NCBI GenBank assembly: GCA_050295355.1
Contig: JBNKPL010000002.1
Location: 1,353-65,352, forward strand
From: Sedimenticolaceae bacterium
GTDB taxonomy: Bacteria; Pseudomonadota; Gammaproteobacteria; Chromatiales; Chromatiaceae
DNA: 64,000 nucleotides
Reading direction: 5' to 3'
The position numbers were made by a program, and so were the translations under genes. How positions within the stretch are numbered: the first letter of the stretch is position 1; each line of letters starts with the position of its first letter. A model generated the notes under the pieces. It was not told the origin of the DNA, searched no databases, and saw nothing but the letters and a program-made list of their open reading frames with translations. Positions 28,873 to 38,869 of the stretch are shown here, one piece after another.

Positions 28873-30579
28873 ATGCGGCGTATGCGTACGCCGCTCATTG
28901 CGCTGATCACTACCCATGCCGTGGCGGTGCTGGGGCTGACGCTCATACCCGGCGTGGATGCCGACGGCAACGTCTGGTACATGGATTTTTTCCACGCCTT
29001 CTATTTCGTCAGTTTCATGGCGAGCACCATCGGCTTTGGTGAGATACCCTACGAGTTCACCGATGCCCAGCGGCTGTGGGTCATCTTTACCATCTATTCC
29101 ACGGTGGTGGTCTGGATCTACTCCATCGGCACCCTGATCAGCCTGGTGCAGGACCCCGCCTTTCGCCGCGCCTTGAGTGAGCGGGGTTTTACCAGGATCG
29201 TACGCCGTCGGCGCGAGCCCTTTTACCTGGTGTGCGGTTATGGCGAGACCGGCGGCACCCTGGTGCAGGCCCTGACCCGACGTGGCCAGCATGCGGTGGT
29301 GGTGGACGACGACAAGGACCGTCTTAACATTCTGCGCATGGAGAACCTGCGTGAATATGTGCCGGCCCTGTGTGGCGATGCGGGCAAGCCGGAGAACATG
29401 ATCAAGGCCGGGCTGAACCATCCCCAGTGCGCCGGCGTGGTTGCCCTGTCCAAGGACAATGACCTGAACCTGAAGATCGCCATCACCTCCAAACTGCTAC
29501 ATAAGGATATCCGGGTTATCTGCCGCGCGGACTCCCATGAGGCGGAGGCCAACATGGAGTCTTTCGGCACCGACTTCATCATCGACCCGTTCGATACCTT
29601 CTCGCTGCATCTGGCCACCGCCTTTCAGGCGCCCTGTCTCTATCTGATGCAGGAGTGGCTTTCGTCGCTGGAAGAGGTTTCCCTGTGGGAACCCATCTAT
29701 CCGCCGCGGGAGGGGGTTTGGGTGGTCTGCGGTTACGGCCGTTTCGGCAAGGCGGTATACAAACGGCTGCGGGAAGAGGGATTGGATGTGGTGGTGATCG
29801 AGGCCACCCCGGAGAAGACGGGAGAACCGCCGGGAGGATGCATAACCGGCTGGGGAACGGAAGCGAAGACCCTGCGCCAGGCGGGGATCGAGAACGCCGT
29901 GGGCCTGGTGGCGGGCACCGACAACGATGTGAACAACCTCTCCATCATCATGACCGCGCGGGAGATCAATCCCGATCTCTTCGTGGTGACGCGCCAGAAT
30001 CTGCGCGAGAATCAATCCCTGTTTGATGCCGTAAAGGCGGACATCGTGATGCACCCCAGTTCCATTATCGCCAACAAGATCCGGGTGTTGCTGGCCACGC
30101 CGCTGCTCTCCGAGTTCGTGGGACTGGCCCTGTTCAAGGATGACTCCTGGGCCTGTGAACTGGTGAGCCGCATCGCCGCCCTGGTGATTGTGCAGGTGCC
30201 CGCGGTATGGGAGCTGGAACTGCAGCCGGAAAACGCCTCCGCCGTCTGTAATGCGGCCCATCGGGGCGAGACCATTACGCTGGGGGATATCTATCGGGAA
30301 CCCAGTGACCGCAGCCGGACCCTGGATTGTCTGCCCCTGCTCCATATCCGTGATGAGACCCGCACCCTGTTGCCCGAGCCCGATATGGTGCTGCGCAGGG
30401 GAGACCGGTTGCTGTTTTGCGGCCGCCAATCCGCCTCCAACCGCATGCAGTGGAACCTGCAGAATGAAAACGTGCTGAGTTATGTGCTGACCGGCAAGGC
30501 GCGTTCGGAGGGCTGGTTGTGGCGGCGGTTCGGCAGCATGCAAAAACGGATGAAGCGGGATCGATACTGGAACAAGTGA
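28873..30579 (+). CDS. Potassium channel protein with two RCK/TrkA-N domains
   Basis: Selectivity filter TIGFGE. Rossmann motifs VCGYGETGG and VCGYGRFGK. ATG 28873 is preferred over the TTG at 28804, which overlaps the preceding gene. Confidence 0.8.
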   Translation: MRRMRTPLIALITTHAVAVLGLTLIPGVDADGNVWYMDFFHAFYFVSFMASTIGFGEIPYEFTDAQRLWVIFTIYSTVVVWIYSIGTLISLVQDPAFRRALSERGFTRIVRRRREPFYLVCGYGETGGTLVQALTRRGQHAVVVDDDKDRLNILRMENLREYVPALCGDAGKPENMIKAGLNHPQCAGVVALSKDNDLNLKIAITSKLLHKDIRVICRADSHEAEANMESFGTDFIIDPFDTFSLHLATAFQAPCLYLMQEWLSSLEEVSLWEPIYPPREGVWVVCGYGRFGKAVYKRLREEGLDVVVIEATPEKTGEPPGGCITGWGTEAKTLRQAGIENAVGLVAGTDNDVNNLSIIMTAREINPDLFVVTRQNLRENQSLFDAVKADIVMHPSSIIANKIRVLLATPLLSEFVGLALFKDDSWACELVSRIAALVIVQVPAVWELELQPENASAVCNAAHRGETITLGDIYREPSDRSRTLDCLPLLHIRDETRTLLPEPDMVLRRGDRLLFCGRQSASNRMQWNLQNENVLSYVLTGKARSEGWLWRRFGSMQKRMKRDRYWNK

Positions 30580-30628
30580 TGGTTCCGAACGGACCTGGAT
30601 ACCGATAACAGGGACTGCCTTCTAACCC

Positions 30629-33028
30629 CTAATTCTCACCATCCTCGTGATGGGTGACGCCGGCGTAGTGCTGGCGCAGGGCGATCCACTCCGCGAGCCG
30701 GAACTGGATGCGGCCGTTGATACTGTTCGCGGGGTAGATGCCGTCCGCGTCGGGAGCGCCGGCGGCGATGCCAGTGAGCAGTTCCATGGCCTGATCGGCG
30801 TGGCTTACGGCGTAGATATGAAACTTGCCGGCCGCGGCGGCATTCACCACCTCCTGTTTTAGCATCAGATCTTTCACGTTGGCCTGCGGGATGATCACCC
30901 CCTGTTCTCCGCTCAGTCCGCGCTTATGGCAGATGTCGAAAAAGCCTTCGATCTTTTGGGAAACGCCGCCGATCGCCTGCATTTCGCCGTGCTGGTTGAC
31001 GGAGCCGGTGATGGCCAGCGACTGGCGAATGGGGATGTCGCCGATGGAGGAGAGCAGGGCGCACAGCTCCGCCATGGAGGCGCTGTCCCCCTCCACGAAG
31101 CCGTAGCTCTGTTCGAACACCAGGCTGGCGGAGAGCGAAAGGGGTTGGTGCTTGGCGTAACGCTCCGCCAGGTAGGCGGAGAGGATCAACACCCCCTTGC
31201 TGTGGATGGGGCCGCCCTGTTCCACTTCCCGTTCGATATCCACCAGCTCGCCGCTGCCGAGGCGGGCGGTGGCGCTGATGCGGGTGGGAGTGCCGAAGGC
31301 GTAATCGCCCAACTGGATCACCGACAGGCCGTTGACCTGCGCCAGCTGGATGCCGTCGGTATCGATCTTGATGGTGCCACGCAGCATCTGCTCCTGCAGC
31401 TGTTCCCGCAGCTGATCCGCCCGGTGGACCTGGGCGTCGATGGCGTCCTGCACGTCCTGCTGGCGCACCAGCTTGCTGTTGGCCTCGCCGGCCCAGTAGT
31501 CCGACTCCTGCAGCAGGTCGAGCAGCCCCCCCATGTGCAGGGAGAGCTTCTCGCCGTCCCAGGCGCGGCGCGCGCTCTCCTCAATGATGCGCGCCATGCC
31601 GTCGCGGGTGATCTCGCGCAGACCCTCCCGGTGCTGCAGGGTGGAGATCAGTTTGGCGTAGAGCTGTTCGTTGTCATTCTCCCGCGGCATATCCTCCGAG
31701 AAGTCGGCGGTGACCTTGAACAGCTGGCTGAACTCCGGGTCATACTCCTTCAGCAGGTAGTACAGGAGGCGGCTGCCGATCAGGATCACCTTCAGGTCCA
31801 GGGGCACCGGCTGCGGCTCCAGGGAGATGGTGCTCACCAGGCTCAGCTGCCGCTCCAGGGACTCGATACGCAGCTCGCGGGAACGCAACACCCGTTTCAG
31901 CGCCATCCAGGCGAAGGGGCTGGTTAATAGCTCCTCCACGTCCAGGATCAGGTAGCCGCCGTTGGCGCGGTGAAAGGCGCCCGGCTTGATGAGGGTGAAG
32001 TCGGTAAGCAGGGTGCCCATACGGGCCATGTGTTCCACCCGGCCGATCAGATTCTGATAGGTGGGGTTGTCCTCGAATATGATCGGTGCGCCTTGGGTGT
32101 CGGCGTTGTCCACCAGGATGTTGACCCGGTAGCGATTGAACTCCGGGGCCTCGCTGGATTTGGGTTTGACGCCGTCCTCTTCCTCCTGGCGGAACAGGGC
32201 CATGTTTTCCACTATGTCCTTTTTGGTGTCGGCGAGGTATTTCAGGATTTTGGGGAACTCGCTGTACGCCTTTTCCAACTCCTGGATGAAGTGGCGCACG
32301 GTCATTTCCACGATTTCGGCGTCCAGCTCCATGAAGCGGCGCCGCAGCTCCCGCTGCCACTCCGGCAGGCGCTCCATGGCCTTCTTCAGCTCCTCCTTGA
32401 TCTCCTCCAGCTTCTCTCCCAGCTCTTCCTGCTCCTTGTCGGACAGTTTCTGGAAGTCATCGGAAGTGAGGACCTTGCCTTTCTTTTGCGGCGCCAGGGT
32501 GTAGCCGGCGGGGCCGCGCAACAGGGCGATACCCCGCTTCTGGGCCTGGGCGCCCAGTTCGTTGGCCGTCTGCTCTTCCCGCGCCTTGAAGTCATCGCTG
32601 ATCTCGCTGGCGCGGCGGCGGTACTCATCGCTCTGGAAGGCGGCGGGTATGGCGGTCAGCAGGTCGTCCACCAGCTGTTGCATATCGTGGCGCAGTTTGC
32701 TGCCGAGCCCGGCGGGAACCGATAGGGCCTGGGGGGTATGCGGGTTGGCGTAGTTGGAAATATAACACCAGTCCGGCGGCCGGTTCGCATCCTTCGCTTT
32801 CTGTTCCAGGGCCTGCTGCACCATGGTATGGCGGCCGAGCCCGGTGGAGCCCATGACATAGAGGTTGTATCCCTGATGCGGGATGCCGATACCGAAATGG
32901 ATGGCATCCAGCGCCCGCTCCTGACCGATGGTCTCGGTCAGGGGCGGCAGCTCCGCGGTGGTTTCGAAGGTCAGTTTGCCGCGATCACAGGCGTGATACA
33001 GCTCGGAGGGGGCAAGGGGTTTGGTCAT
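30629..33028 (-). CDS. LonC-type Lon-like protease (AAA-like domain with a coiled-coil insertion plus an S16 protease domain)
   Basis: Protease Ser motif GDSASMAE and Lys in GGVSQKIEG. A long charged coiled-coil insertion. The Walker A position reads GSTGLGRHT (Lys to Arg). Confidence 0.75.
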   Translation of the reverse strand: MTKPLAPSELYHACDRGKLTFETTAELPPLTETIGQERALDAIHFGIGIPHQGYNLYVMGSTGLGRHTMVQQALEQKAKDANRPPDWCYISNYANPHTPQALSVPAGLGSKLRHDMQQLVDDLLTAIPAAFQSDEYRRRASEISDDFKAREEQTANELGAQAQKRGIALLRGPAGYTLAPQKKGKVLTSDDFQKLSDKEQEELGEKLEEIKEELKKAMERLPEWQRELRRRFMELDAEIVEMTVRHFIQELEKAYSEFPKILKYLADTKKDIVENMALFRQEEEDGVKPKSSEAPEFNRYRVNILVDNADTQGAPIIFEDNPTYQNLIGRVEHMARMGTLLTDFTLIKPGAFHRANGGYLILDVEELLTSPFAWMALKRVLRSRELRIESLERQLSLVSTISLEPQPVPLDLKVILIGSRLLYYLLKEYDPEFSQLFKVTADFSEDMPRENDNEQLYAKLISTLQHREGLREITRDGMARIIEESARRAWDGEKLSLHMGGLLDLLQESDYWAGEANSKLVRQQDVQDAIDAQVHRADQLREQLQEQMLRGTIKIDTDGIQLAQVNGLSVIQLGDYAFGTPTRISATARLGSGELVDIEREVEQGGPIHSKGVLILSAYLAERYAKHQPLSLSASLVFEQSYGFVEGDSASMAELCALLSSIGDIPIRQSLAITGSVNQHGEMQAIGGVSQKIEGFFDICHKRGLSGEQGVIIPQANVKDLMLKQEVVNAAAAGKFHIYAVSHADQAMELLTGIAAGAPDADGIYPANSINGRIQFRLAEWIALRQHYAGVTHHEDGEN

Positions 33029-33063
33029 TTGTTGTTCTTCCTTGGCCGGTTAGGCGGCAGATC

Positions 33064-33498
33064 TTAAAGATACTGGGGCAGGCTCTTGCGGATCTCCTCC
33101 GGGGTTTTGGTGCACAGGTTCTTGGCGATCTCTTCGGTAACCGTCTTTTTCAGGGCGCCGTTCGAATGTTTGCGGAGCAGACCCAGAAAGCTGGGGGCGG
33201 CGACGATATAGAGTTTCTGGAACCGGCCCTTGGCGCGGCCGTCCTCTATGACCTCACACACCTCGGCGGCAAAGCGCAACGCCTCCTCCTCCTTGGGGTC
33301 GTTTTCACGCCCCAGGTCGTGGCTGCCGGTACTGCTGTTACGGTCACGGCCGGGTTTGTCGGAGATCAGGTCGCCCTGGTGCAGGCGGCCTTCGGGGTGG
33401 GTAAGGATCTGGAGTTCAGTCAGCGGACTGGCCGGTTTTTCGGCGGAGAAGATACGTGCGCGACAGGAGTCGGCCACAACTACCCAGGCAGTACTCAT
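33064..33498 (-). CDS. Host-attachment-protein-like protein (144 aa)
   Basis: N-terminus WVVVADSCRARIF and the overall length and pattern I recall for the host attachment protein family. Strong AAGGAGG Shine-Dalgarno sequence. Confidence 0.55.
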   Translation of the reverse strand: MSTAWVVVADSCRARIFSAEKPASPLTELQILTHPEGRLHQGDLISDKPGRDRNSSTGSHDLGRENDPKEEEALRFAAEVCEVIEDGRAKGRFQKLYIVAAPSFLGLLRKHSNGALKKTVTEEIAKNLCTKTPEEIRKSLPQYL

Positions 33499-33577
33499 AC
33501 GGATACCTCCTTGGAATCATGCTGGTTCACCCATCTCTAACTATAGGTCAAAGCGCCGCGCACTTCCCGGGAACTCA

Positions 33578-34006
33578 TTAGCCCGCCAGCGAGCGCAGGC
33601 ACTCCAGATAGGCCGCTTCGTCCGGCATGCGGTTGGCCCGCTGCGCCTCCCACAGCATGCGCCCCAGGCACTCCATCATCTGGTGTTCCGCCTCGTGGGG
33701 GTCGCCGCGCTTGGCGACCAGTTGCCGATAGAGCAGGGTGATGCCGCCGGGCCGGTCGGTGGAGATCTGCTCCTGCAGGCCGATGTGCATCCCCATGTGC
33801 AGGAAGGGGTTGGATAGCCCCTCGTCCGGCAGAAAGTCCTTGTCCAGGACCGGCTCCGGGGTCTCCAGCATGGAGTGGTACTCCGGGTGTTGCAGCACAA
33901 TGTGGGCGATCACCTGCTCCAGAGGCTCCATGGGTTCGCCGGCGCGCTGTTTTCGCCACGCCTCCACGAACACCCGCCGCATGGCGGTTCTATCCTGTCC
34001 ATACAT
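33578..34006 (-). CDS. DUF1841-like protein (142 aa)
   Basis: The pattern FVEAW...HPEYH...NPFLHMGMH..QEQ matches my recollection of DUF1841. It lies directly downstream of nth. Confidence 0.55.
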   Translation of the reverse strand: MYGQDRTAMRRVFVEAWRKQRAGEPMEPLEQVIAHIVLQHPEYHSMLETPEPVLDKDFLPDEGLSNPFLHMGMHIGLQEQISTDRPGGITLLYRQLVAKRGDPHEAEHQMMECLGRMLWEAQRANRMPDEAAYLECLRSLAG

Positions 34007-34020
34007 GGTTTTGTATTCGC

Positions 34021-34656
34021 TCAGTCGAGGTTTTTCTCTTTGAATTCACACAGATCTTCAATAATACAGGAACCGCAGCGCGGTTTTCGTGCGATGCAGG
34101 TGTAGCGGCCATGCAGGATCAGCCAGTGGTGGGCATCCTGCATGAACTCTTGCGGAACATGGCGCAGTAGCTTCTTCTCCACCTCCAGAGGGGTCTTGCC
34201 CGGGGCGATACGGGTGCGGTTGGCCACCCGGAAGATGTGGGTGTCCACCGCCATGGTGGGCTGCCCGAAGGCGGTGTTGAGCATCACGTTGGCGGTCTTT
34301 CGGCCCACCCCGGGCAGGGCCTCCAGCGCCTTTCTCTCCTCCGGCACTTCGCCGCCGTGGATCTCCAGTAACTGCCGGCAGGTGGCGATGATGTTTTTCG
34401 CCTTGGTGTTGAACAGCCCGATGGTGCGGATGTAGCGCTTCAGCCCCGCCTCGCCCAGTTCCAGGATCGCCCGCGGCGTGTTGGCCACTGGGTAGAGCCT
34501 GGCGGTGGCCTTGTTGACCCCGCGGTCGGTGGCCTGGGCGGAGAGGATCACCGCCACCAGCAGTTCAAAGGGGGTGCTGTAGTGCAACTCCGTGGTGGGG
34601 GCGGGGTTCTGTTCCCGCAGCCGCTCGAAGATCTGCTGGCGTTTGGATGCGTTCAT
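34021..34656 (-). CDS. nth: Endonuclease III
   Basis: HhH motif LPGVGRKTANV, catalytic D in VDTH, and the Fe-S ligands C-X6-C-X2-C-X5-C (CIARKPRCGSCIIEDLC). It follows rnfE as in E. coli. Confidence 0.95.
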   Translation of the reverse strand: MNASKRQQIFERLREQNPAPTTELHYSTPFELLVAVILSAQATDRGVNKATARLYPVANTPRAILELGEAGLKRYIRTIGLFNTKAKNIIATCRQLLEIHGGEVPEERKALEALPGVGRKTANVMLNTAFGQPTMAVDTHIFRVANRTRIAPGKTPLEVEKKLLRHVPQEFMQDAHHWLILHGRYTCIARKPRCGSCIIEDLCEFKEKNLD

Positions 34657-34740
34657 GGGGCTTGAGAGCTTAAGCGGTTACCGGGGCGAAAAAAAGAGGG
34701 CGCATCTGCGCCCTCTTTGTACTACCTACTGGTTATCCGA

Positions 34741-35430
34741 TCAGGCGGCGCTGGGTTCCGGCGCATCGGCCACGGCCGGGGCGCATTTCTTCTCCGCGCG
34801 CGTATCGATGATGTTTTTAATGGCGATCAGGAAACCCATGCCGATGAAGGCGCCCGGGGGCAGGATGGCCAGCAGCATGCCTTTGAAATCCGCACCCAGG
34901 CTCATGGTCAGGCCGGCGGCGGCCTCGCCGAACATCAGGTGGGCCTGGGAGAACAGGGTGCCCAGACCGATGATCTCACGCAGGGAGCCCAGCACCACCA
35001 GGGCAAGGGTGAAACCGACGCCCATGGCGATGCCGTCCACGGCGGATCTGAGCAGGTTGTTTTTGGAGGCGAACGCCTCGGCGCGGCCGATGATGGCGCA
35101 GTTGGTCACGATCAGCGGGATGAAGATGCCCAGTACCTTGAACAGCTCGTAGAACCAGGCGTTCATGCTCAGTTCCACCGCGGTCACGAAGGAGGCGATG
35201 ACCAGCACGAACACGGGCAGCCGGATTTCCGGTTTTACAATATTGCGGATCAGAGAGATGGTGATGTTGGAGAGGGTCAGCACCACCGTGGTGGCGATCC
35301 CCAGTCCCAGGCCGTTGATGGCGGTGCTGGTGACGGCCAGCAGGGGACAGAGGCCGAGCAGCGCCACTATCGCCTGGTTGTTGTCCCACAACCCGTCTTT
35401 GATCATCTTGCCGTAGGTGATTTCTGCCAT
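34741..35430 (-). CDS. rnfE: Rnf/Rsx electron transport complex subunit E
   Basis: [35 protein letters not shown] aligns to the E. coli RsxE N-terminus. ATG 35430 was chosen over TTG 35436. Confidence 0.93.
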   Translation of the reverse strand: MAEITYGKMIKDGLWDNNQAIVALLGLCPLLAVTSTAINGLGLGIATTVVLTLSNITISLIRNIVKPEIRLPVFVLVIASFVTAVELSMNAWFYELFKVLGIFIPLIVTNCAIIGRAEAFASKNNLLRSAVDGIAMGVGFTLALVVLGSLREIIGLGTLFSQAHLMFGEAAAGLTMSLGADFKGMLLAILPPGAFIGMGFLIAIKNIIDTRAEKKCAPAVADAPEPSAA

Positions 35431-35457
35431 TTTCAATCGCCTTTCGTTAAAATATTT

Positions 35458-35529
35458 GCCACAGAGAGCACAGAGGACACGGAGGTCATACTGGTAATGT
35501 GTCTACTCTCGCTTTGTGTCCTCTGTGGC
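35458..35529. repeat. REP-like inverted-repeat element, copy E, inside the rnf operon (rnfG-rnfE spacer)
   Basis: gccacagagagcacagaggacacggagg ... ctactctcgctttgtgtcctctgtggc (degenerate right arm). Confidence 0.75.
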
Positions 35530-35592
35530 TAAACAAGGTTCTCTAAATTTCTGCCATGGTTTCGGTGGAATGCGCTACGCTATTGTTACCGA

Positions 35593-36237
35593 TTAACCCT
35601 GATCCGCTGGTGCGGCCGCTTGCGGGGCTTCCGCAAAGATCGTGTCTTTGTGCTCTTTAAAGTAGAGCAACGTCCGCTTGGTCGCATTCACGATGGCGCG
35701 CGGGCTGATGGTGGCGCCCGTGAACTGGTCAAAGATGCCGCCGTCCCGTTTCACCGCCCATTTATCCAGGGTTGGGTTGCCGAGGGACTTGTCATTGAAG
35801 CCCAGAACCCAATCACTCTTTTCGATCTCGATCTTATCGCCCAGGCCCGGGGTCTCCTTGTGGGCTACAACCCGCACACCCGCGAGACTGCCGTCGACCT
35901 TGATCGCCACCAGCAGTTTGATCTGGCCGCTGTAGCCGTCGGGGGCGATGGAGGTGAACACCGCCGCCACTGGCGCGCCGCCCTTACGGCCGCGGTAGAC
36001 GGTGGTGGTCTCACCGCCCAGCACCTCGGGTTCGGTCAGCTCTATCTTGTCGTTGACGATGTCGTTGTCGATGCTCTCCGCCGGCACCATGGCGCTGAGG
36101 CTTTTCAGCAGCGCCTGACGCTCGTTTTCGGCGATCTGGTCCTTGGTCACCTGGTGGGTGAAGGCCACCAGCCCCGTACCGAGGACGGCGAACATGGCCA
36201 GCAGCAGGCCAGCGACGACGATCTTCTTCTTAATCAT
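35593..36237 (-). CDS. rnfG: Rnf/Rsx complex subunit G (FMN-binding)
   Basis: Start MIKKKIVVAGLLLA, overlapping the rnfD stop (ATGATTAA). FMN-attachment motif in GATISPRA. Confidence 0.9.
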   Translation of the reverse strand: MIKKKIVVAGLLLAMFAVLGTGLVAFTHQVTKDQIAENERQALLKSLSAMVPAESIDNDIVNDKIELTEPEVLGGETTTVYRGRKGGAPVAAVFTSIAPDGYSGQIKLLVAIKVDGSLAGVRVVAHKETPGLGDKIEIEKSDWVLGFNDKSLGNPTLDKWAVKRDGGIFDQFTGATISPRAIVNATKRTLLYFKEHKDTIFAEAPQAAAPADQG

Positions 36238-37273
36238 GTTCCGCCCCCTTGTGGCCGAAGGTCCGCGGACGGGTGAAGTGTCCAAGCGACGGCGCCGCCG
36301 AGTTCATGAGCAGCACCGAGAAGGCCACCGCGTCGGGATAGCCGCCCCAGGTGCGGATGATGTAGATCAACACGCCGATACTGAGGCCGTAGATGATCTG
36401 GCCGCTGCGGGTGCCGGGCGCGGTCACCGGGTCGGTGGCGATAAAGAAGGCCCCCAGCATGGTGGCGCCGCTGAAGATATGGAACAGGGCGCCCGGGTGG
36501 GCGTCCGCGTCGATGATCTGGAACAGGGTGGCCATGACCGCCGCGCCCGCCAGCACCGAGACCGGGATGTGCCAGCTGATGGCCTTCTTGTACAGCATGA
36601 ACAGGCCGCCCAGCAGGTAGAGGCCGAAGATCAGCTCCCAGCCAGTGCCGCCCAACACGCCCATGACATCGGTGGCGCCCAGTTCGGATACGGTCTTGTT
36701 CAGGGAGAGGCCGGTCTTCATGGTGTCCAGGGGTGTGGCCATGGTCACCGCATCCCAGTTCTGGCCCGCGGGCAGGAGGCTGCCGAAGACGGCATTCAGG
36801 GTCTCCACGAAGCTGAGCGGATTCTCGTTCAGGGAGATGGGCGGCAGCCAGGAGGTCATCTGTACCGGGTAGGAGACCAGCAGCAGCACATAGGCCGCCA
36901 TGGCCGGGTTGAAGATGTTGTAGCCGAGGCCGCCGTACATCTGCTTCACCACCAGGATGGCGAAGGCCATGCCCAGCACGGTGAGCCACCAGGGCAGCAG
37001 GGGCGGCACCGCCACCGCGAACAGCATGGCGGTGAGGACGGCGCTTAGATCGCCTACCACGGGGCCGGCCGGACGCTTGCGCAGTTTCATGGCCAGGGCG
37101 TCGCAGGCCACGGCGGTAATGACGGCCAGCACCATATTGATCAGGATGCCCCAGCCGAAATACCAGATCATGCCGACGGCGCCGGGGATCAGCGCCACGA
37201 TCACCCACAGCATCGCCATGGTGACGCTGTTGGGGCGGTCGGTATAGGGTGATGTAATGGTTGAAAATTGCAT
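36230..37273 (-). CDS. rnfD: Rnf/Rsx complex subunit D
   Basis: 347-aa polytopic protein of NqrB/RnfD type (ATDPVT motif), in the conserved operon position. Confidence 0.93.
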   Translation of the reverse strand: MQFSTITSPYTDRPNSVTMAMLWVIVALIPGAVGMIWYFGWGILINMVLAVITAVACDALAMKLRKRPAGPVVGDLSAVLTAMLFAVAVPPLLPWWLTVLGMAFAILVVKQMYGGLGYNIFNPAMAAYVLLLVSYPVQMTSWLPPISLNENPLSFVETLNAVFGSLLPAGQNWDAVTMATPLDTMKTGLSLNKTVSELGATDVMGVLGGTGWELIFGLYLLGGLFMLYKKAISWHIPVSVLAGAAVMATLFQIIDADAHPGALFHIFSGATMLGAFFIATDPVTAPGTRSGQIIYGLSIGVLIYIIRTWGGYPDAVAFSVLLMNSAAPSLGHFTRPRTFGHKGAEHD

Positions 37274-37276
37274 CGC

Positions 37277-38869
37277 TTATCCGTCCTGCTTGTCGGTGGC
37301 CGGCCCTTCGGGGGCCTGCTCTTGGGGCGCTTCTTCGGCCTTCTGTTCCGCCGCCTGCTTGGCGGCAGCCGCCTTGGCCGCGGCCGCTTGTTTCTTGGCC
37401 TCCATCTTGGCCTTCTTCTCCGCTTCCAGCCGCTCCAGGCGGGCGTTGCGGGCCTCGGTGCGTTGACGCGCGATCTCCTGCTTCTGGCTCAGGACATCAT
37501 CTTCACGACAGGCGGATTTACCGTGGCGGAAGTATTGCACCAGGGGGATGCGCGCCGGACAGACGTGGGAGCAGCAGCCGCACTCAATGCAGTCGAACAG
37601 GTTGTAGTGTTTGGCGCGGTCCAGGGCGCTGGAACGTACATGCCAGTACATCTTCTGCGGCAGCAGGTTCATGGGGCAGGCGGTGACGCAGCGCAGGCAA
37701 CGGATACAGGCGCTGGCCGCCCCCGGGTGGGGTACCTCGTCGGCGCTCGGTGACAGGGCGCAGTTGGTGGCCTTGACCACCGGGACCCCGTCGTGGGCCA
37801 TGGAGATGCCCATCATGGGGCCGCCGAGGATGAGACGCGAGGCCTTGGGGGTGTAGCCGCCGGCCTGTTCCACCAACTCGCTCACCTGGGTGCCTACCAG
37901 CACCTCCAGGTTGCGCGGTTCGGCGATACCGCCACCCGTGAGGGTCATGTAACGGGAGATCAGGGGCTTGCCCTCCAGCACGGCGTCAGCGACAGCCGCG
38001 GTGGTGCCCACGTTGTGGCAGACAAAGCCGATGTGGCCGGGCAGGCCGCCCGAAGGGACCTCCTGACCGGTCAGGATATAGATTAACTGCTTCTCGCCGC
38101 CGCTCGGGTAGCGGGTGGGGATGACCACCACCTCGGTGTTGTCGAGACCGGCCGCGGCCACCGCCTTGCGCATGGATTCGGCGGCCTCGGGCTTGTTGTC
38201 CTCAATGCCGATCAGGGTCTTCTCCACGCCCAGCATGTGGCGCATGATCTTGATGCCTTCCATGATCCGGCCGGCCTGGGTGCGCATCAGAAGATCGTCG
38301 CAGGTGATAAAGGGTTCGCACTCCACGCCGTTGATCACCAGGGTGTGGATCTTCTGGTTGGGCGGCGGACTCAGCTTGACACTGGAGGGGAAGCTGGCGC
38401 CGCCCATGCCCACGATGCCCGCATCACGCACGCGGCGGATGATCTCGTCCTTCTCCAGGGTGGTGAAATCGGTGACCGGTTCAGGCAGTTCGATCCACTC
38501 CTCCTTGCCGTCGGTCTCGATGACGACGCAAGGACCGTTGAGGCCGGACGGGTGGGGTACTGGAAGATTGCCGATCTCCACCACGGTGCCGGAGCTGGAG
38601 GCATGCACGGCGGCGCTGATGAAACCGGCCGGTTCGCCGATCATCTGGCCCTTCAGCACCCGGTCGCCTACCGCCACCAGGGGCTTGGCCGGCGCGCCCA
38701 GATGCTGCTGCAGCGGGATGGTCAGACGCTTGGGCAGCGCCGCCTTCTCCAGCGGGCGGGTCAGGGACTGGGCCTTGTTGTCCGACGGATGGATGCCGCC
38801 GGGGAGTTTCCAGAGTTTGCGGTTAGAAGCGTTCATAGTCTGTTGCATATCGGTTCCGCTCCCCATCAT
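37277..38869 (-). CDS. rnfC: Rnf/Rsx complex subunit C
   Basis: GGIHP motif and two 4Fe-4S motifs ([24 protein letters not shown]). Lys/Ala-rich C-terminal tail. The start is ambiguous among ATG 38869, 38848 and 38836. Confidence 0.9.
   Translation of the reverse strand: MMGSGTDMQQTMNASNRKLWKLPGGIHPSDNKAQSLTRPLEKAALPKRLTIPLQQHLGAPAKPLVAVGDRVLKGQMIGEPAGFISAAVHASSSGTVVEIGNLPVPHPSGLNGPCVVIETDGKEEWIELPEPVTDFTTLEKDEIIRRVRDAGIVGMGGASFPSSVKLSPPPNQKIHTLVINGVECEPFITCDDLLMRTQAGRIMEGIKIMRHMLGVEKTLIGIEDNKPEAAESMRKAVAAAGLDNTEVVVIPTRYPSGGEKQLIYILTGQEVPSGGLPGHIGFVCHNVGTTAAVADAVLEGKPLISRYMTLTGGGIAEPRNLEVLVGTQVSELVEQAGGYTPKASRLILGGPMMGISMAHDGVPVVKATNCALSPSADEVPHPGAASACIRCLRCVTACPMNLLPQKMYWHVRSSALDRAKHYNLFDCIECGCCSHVCPARIPLVQYFRHGKSACREDDVLSQKQEIARQRTEARNARLERLEAEKKAKMEAKKQAAAAKAAAAKQAAEQKAEEAPQEQAPEGPATDKQDG

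Noticed and set aside
30629-33028. The Lon-like protease as BREX BrxL.
   Set aside because: No PglX, PglZ, BrxA, BrxB or BrxC genes are nearby. The architecture (coiled-coil insertion, degenerate P-loop) fits LonC-type housekeeping-like proteases, and the gene sits in a core rnf-nth context.
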